Source of the DNA: Tubiluchus corallicola
Taxonomy: Eukaryota; Animalia; Priapulida
Assembly: GCA_030141605.1 (NCBI GenBank)
Contig: JAQGDQ010000014.1
Location: forward strand, 1,116,001-1,180,000
Direction: 5' to 3'
DNA: 64,000 nucleotides
Shown here: positions 1 to 64,000 of the stretch, piece after piece
How the letters are laid out: every line of letters starts with the position of its first letter
How positions within the stretch are numbered: position 1 is the stretch's first letter
The notes under the pieces: generated by a model
Told to the model about the DNA's origin: nothing
What the model saw: the letters and a program-made list of their open reading frames with translations, nothing else
The model's database searches: none
Made by a program: the position numbers and the translations under genes

Positions 1-229
1 GCTCTGCATCTTGTTTTGTGATGAAATTGTGTGTTTATATAAGTTATTTTTTCATTCTGATTTTTTTCGAATCTATTTTCTATTGTTGCGTCTTTGTTGC
101 ATTTTCTTGCAGTCAGTTTTAAATTATTAACCCAAAACCATTCCGCAGTGTAGAAATTCTGAGAGGATGTCAAATGGATAGCAAACTTTCTTGAACATTA
201 TCTCTAGCATCTGTCAGGTTTTTGCAAGT

Positions 230-1270
230 ATGGCACCACATATTCACTTCAAAGGCTGCGCAACTCCAACAGATCAACCGATTACGCAGCCAGCCGCTCA
301 GTCTACTATCTTTGCTTCGCGTAAAAAACATCGCACTCATTGCCGCATAGGTGGTGTGCCAGACCAGCCTCAGCAAGAACATTTAACGGACAGCTGTTTA
401 AGTGGCATAGTAAACAAATCATGGCAAATTTATAAATGTTCACCATTGTACAATTTGAACTATGACTGCTTAAACATCTACAGTCGTCACTTCACATCTT
501 TCTTACAGTCACATTTGAACATTCGTGATGTGCTTGGACTCGAAAGTGGTACCAAATTCAAGACATCATTTTCCCTATTACCGGCTTTAAAAGTTGCCGA
601 AAGTGATCACTGTGCTCTTAGTGTTTTAGTATTGTCAGTGCCTAAAGATCGCAGTTCTTCGAGCAAGGAGGTGTTCACTGCTATTCTTAGTGGTGTTTGT
701 TTAGAAAAACATCCTTACTCTATTCACAACTCATTCGTTGCTTTGCCAGTGATTTTGCTGAGAGGCAAGGTCGCATACTCGGACTTGTTTATTCTGTGGT
801 TACAGTATCAATTTGATTGCAGTGTGAACAGAATGACCTTCTCACAATTACATTTACATTGGATGGTTGCCATATGGGCAGGTAAGTCGTCTAAAAGCAA
901 AAGACGCAACCCCATTGAACTATCATATTCTGTGCCTCATGTGGAAGGCATTGATAATATATGCATGGAAATAGATCAGGATGATGGTTTGTGGATTTGG
1001 AAGACAGTGCACGAAGCATCAATATCGAAGCAAGGTTCTGAAGTGTTCAGCGAAACAGAGGTAACCACGTTCATAAATGCTCTTCAGAAACACTTCTTTG
1101 CCCATTTCAAGATAAACTTAGAAAGACTACAGTTGACTCATATTGGAACACCAATCGTGTATGTTTCAAGTCAAGGGAAAATTAGACTATATTCCAAGAA
1201 TCATGTACCTACTGTGTTGCAATTGCTTTGTTCTTTTGTTGTTGAGGATTATCCAGAATTTTCTTTATAA
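230..1270 (+). CDS. CENPL: Centromere protein L (CCAN, CENP-L/N complex), single coding exon, 346 aa
   Basis: The ORF 191..1270 opens with TTG; its first in-frame ATG is at 230. Motifs match CENP-L as recalled: KSWQIYKCSPLYNL, LPVILLRG, WLQYQFDC, LHWMVAIWA, WKTVH...EVTTFINALQKHFFAHFKINLERLQL, GKIRLY. Confidence 0.88.
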   Translation: MAPHIHFKGCATPTDQPITQPAAQSTIFASRKKHRTHCRIGGVPDQPQQEHLTDSCLSGIVNKSWQIYKCSPLYNLNYDCLNIYSRHFTSFLQSHLNIRDVLGLESGTKFKTSFSLLPALKVAESDHCALSVLVLSVPKDRSSSSKEVFTAILSGVCLEKHPYSIHNSFVALPVILLRGKVAYSDLFILWLQYQFDCSVNRMTFSQLHLHWMVAIWAGKSSKSKRRNPIELSYSVPHVEGIDNICMEIDQDDGLWIWKTVHEASISKQGSEVFSETEVTTFINALQKHFFAHFKINLERLQLTHIGTPIVYVSSQGKIRLYSKNHVPTVLQLLCSFVVEDYPEFSL

Positions 1271-1320
1271 GTGAAAAGAAACCCGCGGTACCGAGAATTC
1301 TTGTTATTTAGGTCTTCTTT

Positions 1321-1372
1321 TGTGTGTGTGTGTGTGTGCACATGCCCGTGTGTGTGTGTGCGTGCATGTGCG
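1321..1372. repeat. (TG)n microsatellite in the CENP-L 3' region
   Basis: Direct reading. Confidence 0.9.
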
Positions 1373-2853
1373 TGGGCGTATGTCTAAATTAAATAATATG
1401 TTTGTTATAGCTATTGTTGATTATAAACTTCCTGGAAGTGTCTGCATATTATGTAAACGCACATAGTTATTTACTCCCTTTTTCCTCGTTAGTTTAACGT
1501 TTTTATTGAAATGTTTAATTTTTTAAGTAGTGATGCTTAAGTTAGTATATTTACAAAATTGCATACATGTACAGTTGTGCTGCTCAGAGCCTTTCGCTGT
1601 GCAAAGGCACCTGGAAAATGCAGTCTTGCAGTTTTCAAATGCTGAAATGCCTAAATATAAATGATTCATATTGGTAGCCTAATGAACTAATTAAAATTTA
1701 ACAAAGGGAGGAGGCTACATTTGCTTGCTAAAATTGAGAGGCAAGACCCAATCCACAATACCTTAACCTAGTGTAGAGTAGTTAACCTAAGCTAAGGCAT
1801 GTGGCCCGATTTGAAATGAAGGGACATTTATATCAGCCTACTAAAAATTAATAAATAATTCCGGCATGACTAAACAGAAAGTTTAAGATTTTAACTAATA
1901 ATGAAATGACCTCTACGAAAGACCTGTTCAGAGCTTTGCCACTTTCCCATATAAATCACCGAGTTCAGCTATTACAGTGTGCTAGGCTTTTATAACTTCA
2001 GGTAGGCCAATGCAAAATTGTACATGTGTTATATGTTCATACCAGAGTATAAGAATGACCAAGCAGAAATTGGCTAAATCCAAATTATGTATAGGTAAGC
2101 TGTCACTTAGCAACATATTTTCTTGCATGTGAGAAGGTTAACTCTTAGAAGGATGATTCGCTTATATTACAATATAATTGCGAATAAAATTTCTTTATAG
2201 ACCTACATTTATGGACCTAGCATAGCAGTTTCTTTTCAAATTCTTTTAAAATTGCTGACATTTTCGTTTTGTCTGAGGCAAATACAGTAGCCAGAATTGC
2301 AAGACTTTAAGTGGACATGATTTGTGAAAAAACACATTTTCATTTAATATGTAACATGTAATATGAGACTGTACAGACTGATCGTGGACAAAAATGTTTG
2401 AACAGTATAACTCTTTTCTTGTCAAAGTAGCAAATCAGATAAGAAGTGTTCAATAAGCCATTAACCGGACATGATATTTTTAGGAGTTATGAACAATGTT
2501 TAAGATGTACAGTTGCTGCGCATGTACTGGCAAATTTATACATGTACCATATTTTTTTAAACTTGATTTTGTACTCAAATATATTGAATTCTATGTAGGG
2601 CCTTACAGCTATCTAGTGTCACCTTTTTTGCCTCTATTGCCTCAATTTTTGAATCTTATTATGATTTATTTTGATAAAATATTTGATAATTAATAGATGT
2701 AAAAGCATTTGAACAAAATATTAGCATGATTATTTCTAGTGTAAATAATTTTCATGTAAAATGTACTGTTTATCTTGCAAAATGTAAGGTTTAATGTAAA
2801 ATGATCTGTTTTATAGTGTGTAGATTGTGCATTCCAAGACTATTTTGGTACTT

Positions 2854-2859
2854 AATAAA
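2854..2859 (+). terminator. Candidate CENP-L polyadenylation signal AATAAA
   Basis: AATAAA followed about 15-30 nt later by a T/GT-rich tract. Other AATAAA copies occur near 1850 and 2183. Confidence 0.4.
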
Positions 2860-5800
2860 ATATGATTGATAGCTATTTTGTTTTTACCTTAATTTTATTT
2901 CTTATAATACTCGTAACATAAACACGAAAATACACATTGAAAGTTACACTTTTAAAATATAGATGATTAATCATAATACAACATTATTATTTAAAATTAA
3001 TACAATTATTTATTTTATATGTGTAATTGAAATTGGACATTGTACATGAATATTGACATTTTAAATTTTGTTACAGTTATTTACAAAACAGCCATTTTTC
3101 TAAATGCACATAGACATAATGGCTAAGAATGAAGTAAAATTTTATACATTAATATTCAAAAAGTGAAATACAAATTAAAATAAGTATGAGTGGAGTAATA
3201 TATTCGGTTCAAACTAACTGAATAAGTAAAATTTTTAATTTTGATAGTTTTTACACGTATATGTATTAAAAAGAAATAATTCTAGTATGTAGTGGTACTA
3301 ATTTTAATAAAGTTGAACATCTGGAGCATATGTTAAACAATTCTGTTAAATTTAATGTCTATTAATTTGCCCTATCAACATTATACCATTAATGATGATT
3401 TTTCAATACTGTTTAAATACTTGCTAAAGTGCCATGTTACTAACTGTAACTAACGGCAGTCATAATACTGAAATGGTTAGGGAAATGGTGGCATTATTAA
3501 TTTACATTACTAATCAGTGATCAGTGGCATGGTTATGTATCAATATGCATTCAGCATACTGTGTATTAGTTGAAAAGCTGTTTTTCAATAACTGGAATAA
3601 TTGTAGTTAATTATCTCGTTATTGTGCAATTTTGATTACCTAGCTTAGTTAATCATTGTTTTTGATTAAAACTGCTAGGAATTTAACTTGGTTTTACCTG
3701 AAGAGTCTCAATTATAAATAGTTATATACCTGGAGTAAGGCTGTGTAAGTCTAAAAAAACAAAGAATTGACAGAAAGGAAAAACAGGTAGATCTTGCCTC
3801 ATTTGATAATATACTCTAAGATTATGAAGTCTGACAAACTCTACACTAATTGTTATGGCGCTGTATGTGATGCAAAAGACAAGGACTGCACAGTCTCATC
3901 TAAACCAGGCAACAGGCTAACTGTTTGGATTGTGCTTGACTCTTAATTGCATATCCTGTTAATGTTAGCAAACTTTTTCTCATGATCCAGGAAGGATTTC
4001 ATATACAAACCACTTAATCCTGGACAAGAACACAGATTCTTTTATGGGGTACTAGAAAAGTGAAAAATTCACTTGTTGGTCTTGAATGGTCAACAGCCAT
4101 TAACTGGCCTTAGTGCTGAACAAATAAATGATTATAATTACACTTTGATGTCTTTTCGTATATGTTTGCCAATCCATTAGAAATTTTGAAGTCCTTTTGT
4201 CTGTATCAGAATAACATTTAGTATTAGATTTTTTTGTCATTTACACGTTATGCACCAGCCATCTGTTTTTGCTGCACTAAAGTTCATTCTGCATAACTAT
4301 AGTCTTGTGTTCTGGTTTTGTAAAGTATAATGAATAATGTACTGATAGCCATCTCTCAGTTATTAACAAAGCAAAGATGAAAATTTGACTAAGAACACCA
4401 TCCCAGAGTGTTGACTGACAGCAGTAGAACTTATTTTCCAATTTAAAAATACTGTTGCCATCGGTAATTTTAAAATTTGGTGCAAATGTAGTTAAGGTCT
4501 ATATCATTGCAACCAAATAAAAAGAAATTCTTTATGATTCTTGACATTAATAAGCCATTCGATAATGGTCAACTTGACCTGACATTTTTAACAATATAAT
4601 GGGGCTCAGCACACCTTAAGCTCTTAACTTTTTATTACACGAAAATTAATAAAAGATTAATGTGTCTTTCGCAGTTATATTATTAAAAAATGTCAGCTTC
4701 TTGGGATTTCTAATAATTATACCATAATGTAGAAACAACTTAGAAGTACAATTCAGTAGGTAACAGCCAAATACTGTTTGATATGATACAGATAATTTGT
4801 TTGCAGGACCCTTGAAATGACCATTCCACTGGAACAAATCGTCTAAATTATAAATTCACAATCAAATGAGTGATAGCTCCTGAATGTGTTATGCCTAAAT
4901 ACTGGAAATGTGTTTAACTTTATCTGCATAAATATTCCAAATTTACAAAATGAAACTTATCACGGTTATAATGATTCATAATCAACTGATACAATGGTTC
5001 ATTATCACAAATCTAGCAACAAAAATCACAAAAATATGAAAGAACATAAGTTTACACTTAATAAAAATTAATAGTTGGACATGCGAATGCAATCTGGCTC
5101 TGGAAGTTCTTATGGAAAACAGAAAAAATAAAATTTCAAACAATATTGTAATTTGCACTTATCACACCTTATAATAATAATTACAGTTGGGTAAAACACA
5201 ATACTAATTTTTCATTCGGCATTGCGACTGCCAAAAAATAACACTCCACTTTTTATCTAACATTTTCATTGCTCAATTTCACCTCTTATTTTGAATAATT
5301 AAAATTTCAGAGTACACTGTAGTATAATTATAAAAAGAAATTTAGGCCAATATATTTGCTTGTTAACAAAATGTGTGTTTTTAATTTTTATATGTGCAAA
5401 CCTACTACAGTAGGAAATTAAGTTGCAATAAGCGATAATCAGGTTTAGTTTAGGTCTGCAATCATTTTGATTTTTTATGTGTATCACAAACATTTGTCTC
5501 CTCGTGTTTTGAACTATGTCATTGTACGTAAAATGAAAAATCAAGTTCAGTTTCGTGCAAGATGGCAGGTCTTTTCGCCTTATGTAGTGTCCACAAATTG
5601 GAATGTGAAAGACTAAAATTTTAGCAAAAGCATACGAGTAAAATATAATATCTTAGTAGTCAAAGTCATCAAGCTTTTGTTAAATTTAGTTTCATAATAA
5701 ATGAAACAACAAATTGCAATCAACTTGTTTGTAATTTTACATGTTACTGGCAAGTGATCATTTTTTCCTGGTCATCTCATTGATAGGATTACGTGAAGAC

Positions 5801-6074
5801 ATGGATTTGCAAAACATTAGTATGAGTGTACAATAGTTACAGTAGGAGTGGTATGAATTAACATTTAACATAAATCTGATAAAAATCACAACAAAGTTAT
5901 GATAATTGCTGCTCTTACGGTTTGTTATCCTCTCTCACTGGGTGCTATTATAATACATGTATTATGTACAGTTGTACACAATCTTATAATTATTTAAAAT
6001 ACATATTATCAGACTTCACCAGAATACTGTATCACAAATATGAAATGATAAAGTAATAATACCTTGCAGTGGGA

Positions 6075-59679
<53,605 letters not shown>

Positions 59680-60667
59680 GACGAACCACTGCACAGCTAA
59701 CAGTCGCTTCAGAAAAAAGTCGACACGTCGTCTGTCGTACGGGATGACAAGATGATGCTCACAATGGCAGCTCACTGCTGTCCGAACATAATGTGCTGAC
59801 TATAATGTTATTAGCTGACTAAGTGCTTGGTGCGAATGCATGTGTAGTAATGAGGGCAGTGGCTCCAGTGCGCGTGCCTGTAATCTTATCACTGGTACCC
59901 GGGCTATTAGTACTCCCAGTGTCATAACCTCCGGTCCAGTTTTGATAAGATTACGTCTGCTACCCGCTAACTTAATCAGTCCGCCTGTTTAGGATGCTGC
60001 AAATCAGATTTTGACAGGTTGCCGAGTTTGTGGTTGCGAGCTAAGAACATTTGCGGTGACAATGCCCATATTTAGCGATGATGATTGCATTAAGATTTGC
60101 TCACAGGGGCTTCTTTGTCACACAAAGCGTTCAAGGGTAATAATCAATGGCTTCGTCTAAACTTACAATAAACGTGAGGTAATGAAGTTTTAAGACAAGA
60201 TGCTGTAATTCACTGGCAAACCTATAGCATGAAAACAAGACCCAGTATTTCTTGACAAAAAATGAAATAATTTTAGACGGGTATGAAAACTTAGAATTAC
60301 ATTTTATTTCGTGTAACTCAACGTGGTATCAATAAAGCTAGTAAAGTTGAATTTGTGGTGCCTTAAATCATAGGTAATGAAGTAATAGAAGACTAAATAA
60401 CGTACATTTTTAGAATTTTACTTCAAAAAGGTGTTTGGGAACCCGAGATCTAGAGGTGGTTGAAATTTCAATTCTTTGAGAATGAATTGTAACGTTCTAA
60501 ATTTCTGTGAGAACATTACGGCTGCTCAAACAATGAACCTAGTTACAGAAGACCTAATAAATGAGACGCAAGTTGCCAGTACGCTAAAAAACTATAGATC
60601 ATTAAAACATGCAGAACCCATATGCTTCTAACAGTAAAAACACAACACAATGAAAAATTCGACAGGT

Positions 60668-61389
60668 CATAGGCGTACGAGGCGGGGAGTAAAGGGGGGG
60701 GGGGCGGTTACCCTCGCAGAGCAAGTGAATTTTACATTTTCAAAGCAAAAACTATTTATTTTCTGGGCAAATAATTGTACAGTGAAATTTCCAAATCTAA
60801 TATTTCTAAATGCTTAAAATGCACAAAAATAAAATTTCAAAGCTCAACAGCTTTAAAGAATGCCAAAGTAGACTTAATTTTATTTTTTAAAATTTTTTTG
60901 CTTATTTCTGCTTGGGGGGTGAAAATATTCGTAAAGTTCAGTTTTTGCAAAAGGTTTTTCACAGTCTTTATTTTAACATTAAATTTACAAATGTTTGTGT
61001 TCACTACAGTATTTAACAATGCTGTTGTATCATTTGGAAAAGGAATTCCGATTAGAAAGAATTGTAAATTGCGTTACTTCGTTAAACATCGGTCATTACC
61101 CTCGGCTTAAATTTTATTTAAAAACACTTTCTTCGTCCTTCTTGTCTTGAAAGTCGGGGTGATGCACGTCAGGGGTTGCGAATGGGCCTCGTAGGCTGAG
61201 TGCCTCATTTCTTCTAAATCTGGCCCCGAGTAGGCATATAAATGTTTTGTTTTTAGACACTTTTGTCAGTCTACGTCCTATATAAGTATGTACCCAGCTG
61301 TTTGCACTTATTTGGAAATTATATAGGAAATTATTTTCGGGGCATATTCCTTCTGCCCTCCTTGTGAAACTTCCTCCGGTACGCCCATA
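60668..61389. mobile_element. Non-autonomous DNA transposon (hAT-like ends)
   Basis: Ends CATAGGCGTAC...GTACGCCCATA, with a G-rich tract inside the left end and a C-rich tract inside the right end. AT-rich interior, no clean target-site duplication. Confidence 0.55.
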
Positions 61390-62119
61390 AACAGTTTATG
61401 CAGCTCCTGTTCACACAGGCAAAGAATGAATCGAGCGCACTCTCAGAATATAGTGCTGAGAAACATATAGCGGTTTTAGAATGATATTTTCAAGAACGAA
61501 TTTTAATGTACAGTTCCATACACCTTTGCATAACGATGAAATGACGATTTCTCGTGAAGACATGAAAATTGAAACACTAACACCGCATCCGTGAATGGAT
61601 CAATTAATTAAGTACTGAGCTATCTAATTATACAATTCAGCACTTTACAACAAAATAGTCACGAGCGTTTGGTTTGTCGTTGTTAGGATTAAATGCTGTC
61701 ATGGGATCGACAGCATTACAATGTGGGTTAATCAAAAGACATCTTTGATCTAAACCAAATTGCTCAATTCATATTTTGATCAGATGATAGCGGGTACTGC
61801 CTGGTAATCTCAGCATTGTGGACAATCATGTCTCAATCAGATGAAAGCACAAATATGTGGGTTGATTTTCTTTCCATCACAATCAAGGCCCTAGCTGCGG
61901 TTGCTATTTTTCAGCGCAGCAGAGATGTTCGCAGTTAGGTATGATTCTGACTCCTTAATTTAGTGTTCAAAAGTGAAATTTGCCGAGTGTACTGCAATGT
62001 CTCCTTCTCAGAACAGGGACGGGAAAATACAAATAATAATATGTAACCCCCCAAAAAACTACCGACTATGGAAAAAGTTTGGCCCAAGTTGAGAAATTCA
62101 TAAAATGTTCCCGCACGAA

Positions 62120-62282
62120 CGTACCATAAGTGTGTTATTTACAGTACATAAGTGTAACGTATACTGTTCGTGAGTGTACTTTTACCTATAAAAAATTACA
62201 GATTACCGTACATAAGTGTACTGTTTACCGTATAAAAGAGTACTGACTGCCATGGTGTACCGTACATAAGTATACTGTTTAT
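62120..62282. repeat. Degenerate about 22-bp tandem repeat (ACCGTACATAAGTGTACTGTTT)
   Basis: Several imperfect copies read directly. Confidence 0.65.
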
Positions 62283-63645
62283 AAAAACAGGTAACCTTTT
62301 GATAAGATTGGCAGTGGATAAAATGAAAAAAGAAAGGAAGAAACGAAAAAAGCAATTTGAAAAGGCGTTGAAAAAGACATTTTTTAATTTTTTAAAAAAA
62401 AGATGAAGAAAAATTCGCGAAGACAAAGAACAGAAAAGCAAACTTCGGAGAGGGGTGTCATAGGAGGGAGGAAGCACGAGAAAAGTAAGAACAGGAAATG
62501 AAGTTTGGAGTGTTTATTGAAAGATGCAACTTTAATTAAAACTTTAAAATATAAAATGCTGAAAACATGTTACAAATGTTTCAACTGCAAAGTCTAGCAG
62601 TCATTTTCAGTGTGATAGATTAAGCAATGGTTTTTACAGACAGAGCCTACAGTACAGAAATTCACTAATTATGTATTCAAGTGGAAGCCAAAGATGTGAT
62701 GAAACAGACATGTGGAAAAAATATATACAGTAAAACTATAGCTAGGTATTTGAAAACAAAGTTAAGGGAATTGAACAACTTTGCACATTACGAGTAGGCT
62801 TGTTAGGGTACATGGATAAACTTTCTTTTATTAATTGGTTCTAGTTATTTGTAGCTATGATTACAATGCAGAAATTATGAAAATCAGCCTTGTGGCTAGA
62901 GGCACAAATATGGTCATGAATGTCAGATTGAGGAGGATTCCTTAGTTTCTTGCAGTTCTAGACGAAATATCCAGATATCCTCGCATTCTTACTTTCAACA
63001 AAGGAAAAGAAAAGAAAAGAAAAGAAAAGAAAAGAAAAAGAAAGAAGGTGAAAAGAAACGAAACAAAATAAAGAATAGAAAGAGAAACGAAATGCAAGGA
63101 AAACAGAATAGGAAAAAGAAACATGCCACAACGTCCATTTCTTACCCGGAAAAATGATTGCGCCTTGCGCGGTCATAAGACGCTTCGCACTAATCACGGT
63201 TTCAAACAATCGCGTTGTTTAGCGGCTACTACAAATAGCCGCTAGCAAATAAAGGATTCGGGCAGTTCCATTTTAGAGATGTACAAAGAGCATCACTGAA
63301 GCCAATTTTAACTTTCCTTTCTGATTTACCTCGTTCTTTCGTGGTCATTTTTCCTGCATTGTAGTGGCGTGAAGTGAACCCTGTTTCAGAGACCCAGCCT
63401 CTTTCTTGCAGGAGTGGATCGGATTTTACTGAACGGTCTGTAGGTGCAGTCAGCATCCGCAGACAGATATGCTCGCTCGAGTCTTGGATTACTTTTAATT
63501 TGAACAGGCGAGTGACGATAACAAGTTACGGCAGCTGCCAAACAGAGACAATTAATGACAATTAGCCCATATGAGAAACTTGATATGTGAAGAACACAAA
63601 ATTGTAACCCTGTTAGAAGCGTCAGCAGTATCGTAAAGATACATC

Positions 63646-63758
63646 CCATCACACCATCATACCATCATTCCATCACACCATCATTGCATCGCGTCTTTAC
63701 ACCATCATACCATCATTCCATCACACCATTATTCCATCGCGCCTTCACACCATCACAC
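63646..63758. repeat. 8-bp CCATCA(C/T)(A/T) repeat with an about 48-bp duplication
   Basis: Direct reading. Confidence 0.85.
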
Positions 63759-64000
63759 GCGCTAAAATAAAAAAGCAATACATCTGATTTAGACTAGCCT
63801 TTCCGAGTGATTTAACAAAACATCATGTTTTTTACTTTTAGCCTGGATGATTTAAAGATACTGGCTTATTAGGCTGTACCGAATTTATGTGAATATGTTT
63901 ACCATTTTAGCAAATAAGAGTTTGCGTTACCACCTCAAAAAGGAAACATGTCTGTGTTACATTTGCTAAGGATCAAGCCCATACATCATAAGGATCATAT

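Noticed and set aside
191-229. TTG start for CENP-L
   Set aside because: Eukaryotic gene; the first usable in-frame ATG is 230. The in-frame ATG at 167 is closed by TAG.

Overview
AT-rich, microsatellite-rich eukaryotic (invertebrate animal) DNA with two convergent genes. (1) An intronless + strand CDS (ATG 230..1270, 346 aa) encodes the inner-kinetochore protein CENP-L. (2) A large - strand trachealess/NPAS1/NPAS3-type bHLH-PAS gene spans about 59.7 kb down to its stop at 6075. I rebuilt it by hand as 10 shared coding exons with GT-AG borders and consistent phases, plus two candidate alternative ATG-bearing first exons (59615-59679 and 45098-45147), giving 804 or 799 aa. The long 5' introns hold a 33-37 bp minisatellite with a 212-bp higher-order repeat, several MITE/foldback-like elements, many microsatellites and homeodomain-site-rich putative enhancers. 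Other points: a possible short-isoform acceptor with an in-frame TGA, and a CpG-depletion gradient suggesting mosaic methylation. No rRNA, tRNA, CRISPR array or intact transposase is supported, and I found no convincing wholly new biological system. Family calls rest on recalled motifs, not database searches.
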